Shown: in pieces, positions 35,704-44,711 of the stretch
Layout of the letters: each line of letters starts with the position of its first letter
How positions within the stretch are numbered: position 1 is the first letter of the stretch
NCBI GenBank assembly: GCA_963724295.1
Contig: CAVRUC010000013.1
Coordinates: forward strand, 523,210 to 587,209
Reading direction: 5' to 3'
DNA length: 64,000 nucleotides
Source: an uncultured Chloroflexia bacterium
GTDB lineage: Bacteria > Chloroflexota > Chloroflexia > Thermomicrobiales > UBA6265
The notes under the pieces: generated by a model
What the model was told of the DNA's origin: nothing
Seen by the model: only the letters and a program-made list of their open reading frames with translations
Database searches by the model: none
Made by a program: the position numbers and the translations under genes

Positions 35704-36904
35704 TTGCGTCTCAGTCAAGTCATCGTCTCCGTCCTCGCCCTGGCCACGGCCGGTTTCCTTCCCGTCGCCGCCCAGGAGGCCACCCCGGTCTCACCTCCTG
35801 CAGATGGGCAATTGACGGCGATCGTCGTCTCGGCGATCGGGGGTCCCATCGGCGTGCCGGGTAGCGATGGCCTGCAGCACATCGAGTATGACCTCGTGGT
35901 CACGAACGTCTTCAGTGCCCCCGTCGTGATTGTCGACGATCGAAGTCATTGGGCCTGACGGTAATCCTTTGCTGTCGCTCGCGGGCGACGCCCTCGTGGC
36001 GTCGACACAGCCACTCCTCGGATTGACGCCATTGCAGGAGATTCCCGCGTCTGGCACGGCAGCGGTCCTGATCGATGTGGCCGTTCCGCGCAACGAAGTA
36101 CCCCAGCGCCTCACCCACCGAATGACCTACACGCTTCCCGCCGATGCGCCCGGGGCGAGCCAGATCGAGAGTCTCACCGTCGATGGTCCCGAGCTGGTTG
36201 TCGATAACCGTGCCCCGGTGGTCATCGTCCCGCCCGTGCATGGTCCAGGGTGGCTCAATGCCTTCAGCTGCTGTGACGCATCGTCGATCCACCGCGGGGT
36301 CCGCGCGGCAGCCGATGGAGCCCGCATCGTGAAGTCAGAGACGTTTGCCATCGATTGGATCCTGTTCCAGGACGGTCGCCTCTTCGAGGATGACGGCTCG
36401 CGCAACGAGCAGTGGTTCTCCTACGGCGCCGAGGTCACCGCCGTCGCCCCGGGCACCGTCGTCTCCGCGCGCGACGGCCTGGCAGACGGGACGCCGAAGA
36501 GTCTGCCAGGCACGTTCCAGGAGCCACGTGACGGTGCGGGCAATCACGTCATCGTGCAGATCGAGCCCGGAGTCTGGGCGTTCTACGCGCACCTCCAGAC
36601 TGGGAGTGTCGCCGTCGAGATTGGCGATCAGGTCGTGACCGGACAGCCGCTTGGCCGGCTGGGCAACAGCGGGAACTCGATCGGGCCGCACCTGCACTTC
36701 GGGCTGATCGATGGCCCCAATCCATTGACCGCGAACAGCGTGCCGATGGTGATCGACCACTACAGTTTGACCGGTTCAGTCGACCCGGCATCGCTCTTCG
36801 CCAGCCTCGGCGATCCTGAGGCCTTGTCGCTGCGCATGGAAGCCACCGCACAACCCCAGAGCGGTACGCTGCCACTCAACATGACCATTACCGATTTCAG
36901 ATGA
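35704..36904 (+). pseudogene. secreted M23-family metallopeptidase with an apparent frameshift near 35925-35945
   Basis: AAGGAGAGGA RBS + TTG. The signal peptide 'RLSQVIVSVLALATAGFLPVAAQEATP' frame ends at 35958. The body, in another frame, carries 'HVIVQI..GVWAFYAHLQ' and 'LGNSGNSIGPHLHFGL'. Confidence 0.7.
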
Positions 36905-36931
36905 GTCGACCATGGTGATGGGTGAAGCTCT

Positions 36932-37537
36932 ATGACGCGCTCCCTCGTTATCGTCGTCCTCGCCTCCGGGCTGTCCCTGGGAGCAGTCGGTGGGGTCCTG
37001 GCCGGCTGGCACTGGTGGCAGGCGCCAGGCGGCAATACGCATGAAGTTCTCGCCGATGCCGGGATCGGTCACCCAATCTACGCGCTCGATCCGCGAGACG
37101 ATCGCGCGCTGGCTGCCTATGCGACCGATATCTTTATCGGCCGGGTCCTGGACCAGACGGGCGCCGCCGGCGCGCCGACCTCGGCGCCCGGGCAAGAGCT
37201 GCCGCAGTCGCAGTTCGCCGTAGAGGTCTTGCATGTGGTCAAGGGCCAGGCAGGAGGCGTGGTCACCGTCAACCAGGTCGGCGGCCTGGACACCCAGGTA
37301 GGGGAGCTCATGCAGCTCGAGGGGGACGCGCTCCTCCGTCCAGGGGCCAGCGAGCTGTTCCTGGTCGTGGCCGTTCCCGAGCGCGGCTGGTATCAGATCG
37401 TCGCGGCGGGACACGGCCATCTCCCCGCGGACGACCCCTCGCAGCGCGAGGCCCTGATCGACCGGTTCGCTCAGGCGACCGCACCCTCGGTGAAAGGCGC
37501 GTCTCCTGACGCTCGATCTCTGGGAGAGAGGCTATGA
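36932..37537 (+). CDS. N-terminally anchored hypothetical protein
   Basis: TM 'LVIVVLASGLSLGAVGGVLAG'. All-beta-looking core. The stop overlaps the next start. Confidence 0.6.
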   Translation: MTRSLVIVVLASGLSLGAVGGVLAGWHWWQAPGGNTHEVLADAGIGHPIYALDPRDDRALAAYATDIFIGRVLDQTGAAGAPTSAPGQELPQSQFAVEVLHVVKGQAGGVVTVNQVGGLDTQVGELMQLEGDALLRPGASELFLVVAVPERGWYQIVAAGHGHLPADDPSQREALIDRFAQATAPSVKGASPDARSLGERL

Positions 37538-38316
37538 GCCGCTGGGCGCGATCGGCAGGCATCACGAGTCTCGTCCTGACCTCGATCCTCCTGGTAGCTG
37601 GGACATCCACCCGCACCGGCGCCAGGGCGCAGGCGACCGACGAGCCGATTGATTTCATTCGCTTCAACGGCGCCGTCTATCTCTCGATCGCCTATCTCGC
37701 GGAGGACAGCCCGCCGGCTGCACCCTCGTCGCTTGCTCCCGGGGATCTGGGACCGGCGGTCGGTGAAGTGGTCACCAACTGGATCGACGGGAACGATGAG
37801 GCCCTGTATCCAAACGAGCCCTGCTATTGGGACACTCCCGACGGGACCGCGCCCCTGCTGGCGCCTGGAGACGACATCCACGCGGTGCACGGCTACGCGA
37901 CGACGTTCCGTCTCGCGGCCCGTCACGAAGGCGCCCTGGTCGCCTATCAGGTCTGGTGCAACGACGAGGCGGAGGTCGGCGCCGACCTCTTTGACATCTT
38001 CGACCGGGTGGATCGCATCAGCGTGACCGCTGACCTCTCGGAATCGTCGGGATTCGCCGTCATCGAGGATCGCGCGACGGTCGCGGATTTGGTGAACATG
38101 CTCCTGGAAGGACGGGTCATCCCGGAGGAGCTCTCCTCGGCGGCGCCCGTCACCCACCAGCTGATCTTCCATCTCGACGACGGCAGCACATTCCGCGCCT
38201 CCGCCGCACCGGGAGAGCTCCTCTGGGGGCTCGGAGCGGTCACGGTGCCGGCCGCATTCACCGAGACGCTCGACCACGCGGGGACGAGCGATCCGGGTGA
38301 GGAAGCTCCGGATTGA
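37534..38316 (+). CDS. secreted hypothetical protein
   Basis: Signal peptide 'ITSLVLTSILLVAGTSTRTGARAQA'. ATGA overlap with the upstream gene. The stop overlaps the next start. Confidence 0.6.
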   Translation: MSRWARSAGITSLVLTSILLVAGTSTRTGARAQATDEPIDFIRFNGAVYLSIAYLAEDSPPAAPSSLAPGDLGPAVGEVVTNWIDGNDEALYPNEPCYWDTPDGTAPLLAPGDDIHAVHGYATTFRLAARHEGALVAYQVWCNDEAEVGADLFDIFDRVDRISVTADLSESSGFAVIEDRATVADLVNMLLEGRVIPEELSSAAPVTHQLIFHLDDGSTFRASAAPGELLWGLGAVTVPAAFTETLDHAGTSDPGEEAPD

Positions 38317-39455
38317 GCATGAATGCCAGGCAGTGGGCAGGAACGCGCCCCGCACGAGGCCTCCTCATCGTCCTCTGCCTGCTCTTGCAGGCGCCGCTGC
38401 TCGGGTCCACTGGCGCGAGGGCGACGCAGACCGCGCCGCCGTCCCGGTCGCTGGACCCGGCATGCATCCGCTTTGACGATCCCAACGCGGTGGTCAACGG
38501 TGAGATCGTCTACGCGGCGTTCACCGCCTACGAATTTGGTCTCGACCACGCGGTCGACGCCTGGTCCCCGGCGCGGGGTTTCGCCGTTGCCTTCCGGGAG
38601 GCGGTCCCCATCGGCGACGCGGTTCCTGAAGAAGCAAATCTGATCTACCGCGACGTGGAGATTCCCGGGTCCGCGTTCAAGGGGGTGACCGTGACCTGGG
38701 CTCACGCCCCGGCGACGGTCACGCTCAACCGATCGATGCTCCCATCTCCCGAGACGACCGATCCGCTGGAGCAGGAGCTGATCCGGGCGGTGGTGACCCA
38801 TGAGACCGGGCACGCGCTGGGATTGGGCGACGTTCCGACGCCCGGCGTCAACATCCGTGAGTGCGCGAATATGCTGATGAAGCGGAGTGTCGACAAGGGC
38901 GGCGGGCACTTCACCGCGCCGCAACCGGCGGACATTGCCCTCTACTGCATGCGGTGGGGCGGAGCCATCTGCGGTAATCAGCCGGCGCCGATCGTGACGC
39001 CGGACCCGAAGCAAGGGTCGGAGCTGGAGGCGCACGCTTTCGCCTCACCAGCCCCGGCCGTCCAGAGCCAGACCACGACCGCGTATCGCTATCTCGTCGT
39101 GACGTGCGAATCGATCCCGGAAGGGGTCATCAAGCCCGATCAGGTCGAACGCGACGAGCTGCTCCTGGACTCCGGCAGCCGGTGCGTCCGCGCGCCGGCC
39201 GGCGTCTTGTTCCACGTGCACCTGAGCGATGGCGCCACGTCACTGGCGCTGACCGATCGCCGCGGCGAGTTTGCCGTTCAGAAGCCGAATGGCATCGGCG
39301 TCGAGGTTGACATGCCTGAGGGCGTGAACGGCAGGTTCCCCTCGCTCCTCGGCTACCAGCCGCTGGACGTCTTCGACCGTATCCCCGCCGACGATCCCGC
39401 ATGCCAATCTGAGACAGTGGAGGTCTGCAAGCGCGTCTATGTGCTGGTGCCGTGA
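38313..39455 (+). CDS. secreted zinc metalloprotease (HExxHxxGxxD, matrixin/snapalysin-like) with an unknown C-terminal domain
   Basis: 'RAVVTHETGHALGLGDVP'. Signal peptide 'GLLIVLCLLLQAPLLGS'. Confidence 0.75.
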   Translation: MSMNARQWAGTRPARGLLIVLCLLLQAPLLGSTGARATQTAPPSRSLDPACIRFDDPNAVVNGEIVYAAFTAYEFGLDHAVDAWSPARGFAVAFREAVPIGDAVPEEANLIYRDVEIPGSAFKGVTVTWAHAPATVTLNRSMLPSPETTDPLEQELIRAVVTHETGHALGLGDVPTPGVNIRECANMLMKRSVDKGGGHFTAPQPADIALYCMRWGGAICGNQPAPIVTPDPKQGSELEAHAFASPAPAVQSQTTTAYRYLVVTCESIPEGVIKPDQVERDELLLDSGSRCVRAPAGVLFHVHLSDGATSLALTDRRGEFAVQKPNGIGVEVDMPEGVNGRFPSLLGYQPLDVFDRIPADDPACQSETVEVCKRVYVLVP

Positions 39456-39480
39456 GCGAGGGATCAGTAGGGAGGGAACT

Positions 39481-40674
39481 ATGAGCGTCGTTCAATGCGG
39501 TTGTAATCAGTTTCGCTGGCGGCGGTTGGTCACACGTCGTCATCTCCTCAAGAGCGGCGCGGGTCTGGCCGCGCTCGGGCTGCACCTGCCCGCGTCACGC
39601 TTCGCGGCGCTGGCGCAAGAGGCGACGCCGGACGGAGCGCGCAATGGACTGGCGATGATTCAGGGCCAACATCCGTCCCCGGTCATCAATGGCTCGTACG
39701 TCAGCCCGCTGGTCGAGATCTACGGCGAGGTCGAGATCGGCCAGCGCTCCTTTATCGCCGGGAACACCCTGCTCTACGCCGCCGAAGGTGTTCGCATTCA
39801 CCTGGGTCATGAGAACAATTGCCAGGACAATGCATACCTGTTTGCGCGCGAGCAAAACCTCAGGTTCGGCGACATGGTCTCGATCGCCCATCAGGCGGTC
39901 ATCGAGAACTCGATCGTCGGAGACTTCACCTTCTTCGGTTTCCGCTCCCGCACCCGCAACTGCGAGATCGGCGAGGGCGCGATGGTCATGCACAACACGA
40001 CGGTCGAGAACGTCGTCATCCCGCCGAACCGGATTACTCCGCTCGGGGTCCGCATTACGACGCAGGCCGAGGCGGACGCCCTACCGGAGGTGACTGACGC
40101 CAACGACGAGTTCAAGCACGGGGTTCAGGAGGTCAACATCGCCTTTGTCGAGGGCTACACCGCCCTCTTCGAGCAGCTTGGCCGCGACGGAGTGGAAGGG
40201 ATTGGTCCGAACCCCGTCACGGATTTCAATCCGGTCTCGGTCTCCCCGCAGATCGGCGAGGGCGTCAGTCTCGCTGAGCTCGTCCGCATCACGGGGGACG
40301 TGCGGCTCGGGGAGGGAAGCACCGTCGGCCAGCGCTCCGCGATCCGCGCCGACGAAGGGACGCCGATCGTGATCGGGCGGCGCGCCCGCATCCGGAGCCG
40401 CGTCACGTTCCACGCTCTCGAGCACACCAGTGTCGAGGTCGGCGACAACGCCCAGATTGGAGACGGAAACGTCATCCATGGCCCTGTCAGCATCGGCGAC
40501 AACTTTGTCGCCGAAGACGATTGCGTCGTCTTCCAGGCCACGGTGGAAAACAATGTGACGGTCCGCACTGGCGCCACGGTCGCCGGCGAGTTCGTCCTCC
40601 GCGAGGGCACGATCGTTCCTGAAGGTGCGGTCGTCACCAACCAGGACGAGGCTGACGCGCTGCCTATCCGCTGA
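39481..40674 (+). CDS. Tat-signal-bearing tandem Cam-type gamma-carbonic-anhydrase-like (left-handed beta-helix) protein
   Basis: 'RWRRLVTRRHLLKSGAGLAALGL' then 'AQEATP'. There are two LbH repeats, each ending in a Cam-like 'T.Q.EADALP' motif. Details are given in the findings. Confidence 0.75.
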   Translation: MSVVQCGCNQFRWRRLVTRRHLLKSGAGLAALGLHLPASRFAALAQEATPDGARNGLAMIQGQHPSPVINGSYVSPLVEIYGEVEIGQRSFIAGNTLLYAAEGVRIHLGHENNCQDNAYLFAREQNLRFGDMVSIAHQAVIENSIVGDFTFFGFRSRTRNCEIGEGAMVMHNTTVENVVIPPNRITPLGVRITTQAEADALPEVTDANDEFKHGVQEVNIAFVEGYTALFEQLGRDGVEGIGPNPVTDFNPVSVSPQIGEGVSLAELVRITGDVRLGEGSTVGQRSAIRADEGTPIVIGRRARIRSRVTFHALEHTSVEVGDNAQIGDGNVIHGPVSIGDNFVAEDDCVVFQATVENNVTVRTGATVAGEFVLREGTIVPEGAVVTNQDEADALPIR

Positions 40675-40757
40675 TTGCCGACTCGCTCGAGAAGGCGCGG
40701 AGTCGAAATAGAGTAGTGTTTCACGGGCGGGGTAGTGGAGTTGAGCGTGGTGGGTCA

Positions 40758-41970
40758 ATGGCTGATTTCGATCTCGCGGTGATAGGCGGGGGCATCGTCG
40801 GGTTGTCGACGGCGATGCAGATGACGGAGCGGTTTCCGGGGATCTCCGTCGCGGTGCTGGAGAAGGAGCCCGCGCTGGCGCGCCATCAGACCGGGCGCAA
40901 CAGCGGGGTCATCCACGCCGGTGTCTATTACCAGCCGGGAAGTCTCAAGGCCCAGTTCTGTCGCGAGGGCGTGGAGGCGACGACGCGGTTCTGTCGCGAG
41001 CGGGGCATCGCCTACGAGCAGTGCGGCAAGCTGTTGGTGGCTACCGAGCCCGCGGAGCTTCCCCGCATGGAGGCGCTCTACGAACGCGCCCGCGCCAACG
41101 GCATCGACATCGAGCGCCTGGACAAGGCGGAGGTCGCCCGGCGCGAACCGCGTATTCGCGGGCTGGCTGGGCTCTTCGTCAAGACCACCGGCATCGTCGA
41201 CTACGCCCAGGTCGCCAAGGCGATGGCCGGCGTCGTCGCCGAGCGCGGCGGCGCGATTCTCACCTCGAGCGAGGTGGCCCACGTCGAGGAGACACCTTCG
41301 GGCGTGACCCTCGACGTGGGAAGAGATCGCATCAAGGCCCGGCACGTCATCGCCGCGGCCGGTCTCCAGGCGGACCGGATCGCGCGGTTGTGCGGCGTCG
41401 ACGTCGATTTCCGCATCGTGCCCTTCCGGGGCGAGTACTACCGGCTAGGGGCCGACAAGGACTCGCATCGTCAACCATCTGATCTACCCCATCCCCGACC
41501 CGGAGCTGCCCTTCCTCGGTGTGCACCTGACCCGCATGATCGGCGGCTACGTCACGGTCGGGCCGAACGCGGTCCTCGCCTTCGCGCGGGAGGGCTACGG
41601 CTTCGGATCAGTCAGCCTGCGCGACCTGCGCGAGATGGCGACATTCTCCGGCTTCCGCCGGGTCATCCGGGACAACCTGAAGTCCGGGGCGCTGGAGATG
41701 GCCAACTCGCTGCTGAAGTCACGTTATCTGGCGCTCTGCCGTCGCTACTGCCCGGAGCTGGAGCTGTCAGACCTCTCGCCCTATCGCTCCGGTGTGCGCG
41801 CCCAGGCCGTGCTGGCGGACGGCACCATGGTCCACGATTTTCTGATCGGCGAGACGGACCGCACCATCCACGTCCTGAACGCTCCCTCGCCGGCGGCGAC
41901 CTCCTCCATCCCCATCGGCCGCCACATCACCCGGCTGGCGGAGCAGAAGTTCGCCTGGAAAGCGGCATGA
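40758..41970 (+). pseudogene. lhgO: L-2-hydroxyglutarate oxidase with an apparent frameshift near 41455-41465
   Basis: 'FDLAVIGGGIVGLSTA...RNSGVIHAGVYY...FRGEYYRL' then, in another frame, 'RIVNHLIYPIPDPELPFLGVHLTRMIGGYVTVGPNAVLAF...NAPSPAATSSIPIG', matching my memory of E. coli LhgO. Confidence 0.75.
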
Positions 41971-42125
41971 CGCTGGAACGGCGTCTGACGAGTCGGAGGT
42001 CGGAAGTCGGAAGTCGGAAGTCGGAAGATCGGTCCGCCGGCTATCAGCTGTCAGCTATCAGCTATCGGTCTCTTCTCGTTCTAGCCGTCTAGCCGACTCA
42101 CCGACTCACCGACTCACCGACTTAC
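41971..42125. repeat. modular word-repeat element, copy B
   Basis: Same module order as 33266-33478: 'gcgtctgacg', (GTCGGAA)x4, 'ccggctatcagctgtcagctatcagctatcgg', 'tctcttctc', (CCGACTCA)x3 + CCGACTTA. It overlaps the stop of 42114..43427. Confidence 0.85.
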
Positions 42126-43427
42126 CGACTCTCGTCGCGTCCACGCCGCTGCCGCCTCGACCCGACTGACGTCGTACTCCACCCTCAGAGCCTTCTGGAC
42201 TTCGACCAACAGGGCCGACGCCTGCTCCCGCAATGGCTCTTGTTGGGTAACGGAAACGCGCGCCGCGACCGCCCCCAACGTTGTCATCAGGTGCGTGGCG
42301 ACGAGTGCGTCTCCCGCCCCATAGTGCCGGATCTGGGTGAACGCCACGTCAATCAACCGCGCAAAGGACGGACCTCGTAGCACGACACGCCCGCCGCTGG
42401 GACCTGCTAGCACTTCGGTTTCGTCGCGGCTGGCGGCGCGAACCAGGAGCTGACCGAGACGGTCGATGCACAACGTGGCCGTGGTCGGGTCGTTGACGGC
42501 CGGTGACAGGGCCCGCACCGCGATGTCGGCCAGCTGCCGAATCCCCAGCTCGACGTCTTGCTGGCGCGTTCGCTCAGGGCCGAGCACAAAGGCGGCGCGC
42601 AGCCGCTCCTCCAGGTCCGGCTCGACCATCCCCTGAGGCCAGACGGTCGCCAGGGGTGCGCCGGACAGAAGAAAGCTCCCCACCGGAGCCTCGGTTCGCA
42701 CCACCAGCCCTCGCATCCCGGCTGCCGCCAGTAAGGCCCCGGCGTCGATCGCCTCCAGGTAGCCGTCTCCGTGCGACGCGATGGTCTCCCCGGGCTCCGC
42801 TGGTAGCGCCGGCCCAGCCAACGCGGGAGCGTGGTCGTCATGAGCCTCGCCGGCGAGCGGTTCGGCGAGCAGATCCAGAGTGTCGTGAGTGACACGCTTG
42901 ATGATGACGGCGACCTGCACGGAGCGGGCGACGTGGTTGATGGTGTAGATCATGAAGCCAATGCTGACCAGCGCCAGCACGATGGCGACGGCGACCGCGG
43001 TGACCGGCACGAATCCCGGGCCGCCTCCATTCTCATCCGACGAACGCACGGCCCGCAGAACGATCAGCGCGTACGTGAAGGTGCCCAGGAAGACCCCGAG
43101 CACGACCTGCGTGCCGCGGTCTCCGGTGAGATTGCGCATCACCCGCGGTGTGAACTGAGCGGAGGCGATCTGCAAGACGACGATCGTCAGGGAGAAGACG
43201 ACGCCGAGGACGGAGAGCGTCGTACCGGCGATGGCGAAGAGGACACCCCGAGCCCCATCCGCGCCTCCGACAGCCCAGGCGTCGCGGCCCTGGGTGTCGA
43301 GTCCGAGAGCTCGATCGGCGCGCAGCAGCACCAGGGCCAGCGCGGCATACGCCAGGGCGATCACCGTCGGGGTGAACCAGAGGCTGTCGAGCAGGTCGCG
43401 CTGCAGGGCCCGCAGGCGTGCCGGCAC
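42114..43427 (-). CDS. DUF2254-like membrane protein
   Basis: N-terminal 'LQRDLLDSLWFTPTVIALAYAALALVLL' plus further TM helices and a soluble C-terminal half. The family call is from memory. Confidence 0.65.
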   Translation of the reverse strand: MPARLRALQRDLLDSLWFTPTVIALAYAALALVLLRADRALGLDTQGRDAWAVGGADGARGVLFAIAGTTLSVLGVVFSLTIVVLQIASAQFTPRVMRNLTGDRGTQVVLGVFLGTFTYALIVLRAVRSSDENGGGPGFVPVTAVAVAIVLALVSIGFMIYTINHVARSVQVAVIIKRVTHDTLDLLAEPLAGEAHDDHAPALAGPALPAEPGETIASHGDGYLEAIDAGALLAAAGMRGLVVRTEAPVGSFLLSGAPLATVWPQGMVEPDLEERLRAAFVLGPERTRQQDVELGIRQLADIAVRALSPAVNDPTTATLCIDRLGQLLVRAASRDETEVLAGPSGGRVVLRGPSFARLIDVAFTQIRHYGAGDALVATHLMTTLGAVAARVSVTQQEPLREQASALLVEVQKALRVEYDVSRVEAAAAWTRRESVSR

Positions 43428-43702
43428 GTGGTGCTCCCTCTACGACGAGTCTGGCGGCGCCATGATCCGACGTTGCGAACCATGCCCCAACGCGGCCAGG
43501 TGCCGCAACGACCCGAGCGCGGCATCGGTCATGCGGTCCCCCGCCTCCGGCGCGAGCCGGCTCAAGTGCGACCTATCTTAGAGGGAACGTGGCGATTGAC
43601 GCGGGAGCCTGGCACACAGAGATCTGTGACCAATGTGGGTGGACCGCGCGTTTCTCGAACCCCGCTACCCGCCTACAGTGGGTGACGGACAGGGGAGGCG
43701 AT

Positions 43703-43801
43703 ATGAACACATTGCTATGCCGGGTGCTCGGTCATCGCAGAGCGCGCGTGGTCTTCTCAACCAACCGGTTCTACTGCGCTCGCTGCGGTCTCGACTTATA
43801 A
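43703..43801 (+). CDS. possible 32-aa zinc-ribbon-like small protein
   Basis: GGGGAGG RBS 6 nt upstream of the ATG. 'MNTLLCRVLGHRRARVVFSTNRFYCARCGLDL'. Confidence 0.35.
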   Translation: MNTLLCRVLGHRRARVVFSTNRFYCARCGLDL

Positions 43802-43874
43802 CCGAGAGGGCGCTCGGTGGAGCGTGATCTCTGCAACGGAACCGGTCCACCACGCTCTCCGAGCGTGGTGCGCT

Positions 43875-44711
43875 TTACTCCGCCCGGCGCCGTGAGAAGC
43901 GGCGAATCTGGCTGAGGATGGTCGGGATGAAGAGTGCGCCGACGATGACGAAGGTGATGAGCGTCGTCAGCGTCCCCAGAGCGTAGAGATCCGGCTCGAT
44001 GATCTGCACGGTCAGCATTGCCCACAATTGCAGGGGCAACGTGTTCTGAGAGGTGGCGAGCACGCTCCGCTCGAACTCGTTGAGCGAGAGGGTGAAGCCG
44101 AAGAGCGCGGCGCTGAGAACGCCCGGCCAGATGATCGGGAAGACGACCTCGAAGAACGTGCGCAGCTCGCCGGCGCCGAGATCGCGCGCCGACTCCTCGA
44201 TACCGGGATCGAACCGGTTGAGGACTGCCACCATGACCAGGAACGCGAACGGCAGCGCCCAGACAACGTGCACGCCGAGCAGTGAGAGGTGACCCGGCTG
44301 CATATTCAGGAGCCGCCACCACAGGCTGACCCCCAGACCGAGCAGGATCCCGGGTGTCATCAGTGCCAGCAGCACCGTCGGGAAGAGCAGTCTCGTGCCG
44401 GGCAGCCGCCGCCGGTAGGCGAAGGCGATGACCAGGCTGAAAGCCGCCGCGATCAGGCCCGTCTCGACCGCGACGACGAGCGTGCGTACGATCGCCTCTC
44501 CCAGCTCCGATGCGCGCTCGCCGAAGAGCCGCTGCCACCAATGCAGACTCACGCCCTTCAGCGGGAATGTCATGCCGCCCTGCGGTCCCTGGAAGGAGAG
44601 CACCGCCATGATGATGATCGGTCCGTAGAGGAAAAGCAGGATCAGAGCGAAGTAGAGACCGAGACCGACGTTGAGCCACCTCCCGCCCTGGAGGCTCTTG
44701 GTCCGTCCCAT
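43875..44711 (-). CDS. ABC transporter permease (PotC-like)
   Basis: 6-TM permease. Its start overlaps the upstream stop. Confidence 0.85.
   Translation of the reverse strand: MGRTKSLQGGRWLNVGLGLYFALILLFLYGPIIIMAVLSFQGPQGGMTFPLKGVSLHWWQRLFGERASELGEAIVRTLVVAVETGLIAAAFSLVIAFAYRRRLPGTRLLFPTVLLALMTPGILLGLGVSLWWRLLNMQPGHLSLLGVHVVWALPFAFLVMVAVLNRFDPGIEESARDLGAGELRTFFEVVFPIIWPGVLSAALFGFTLSLNEFERSVLATSQNTLPLQLWAMLTVQIIEPDLYALGTLTTLITFVIVGALFIPTILSQIRRFSRRRAE

Noticed and set aside
33266-42125. Whether the intergenic word repeats (33.3, 42.0, 14.2, 16.1, 19.3 and 24.8 kb) could be CRISPR arrays.
   Set aside because: The units are only 7-10 nt, occur in tandem without unique 25-40 nt spacers, and come with inverted partner arrays. 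No cas genes are present in the window.
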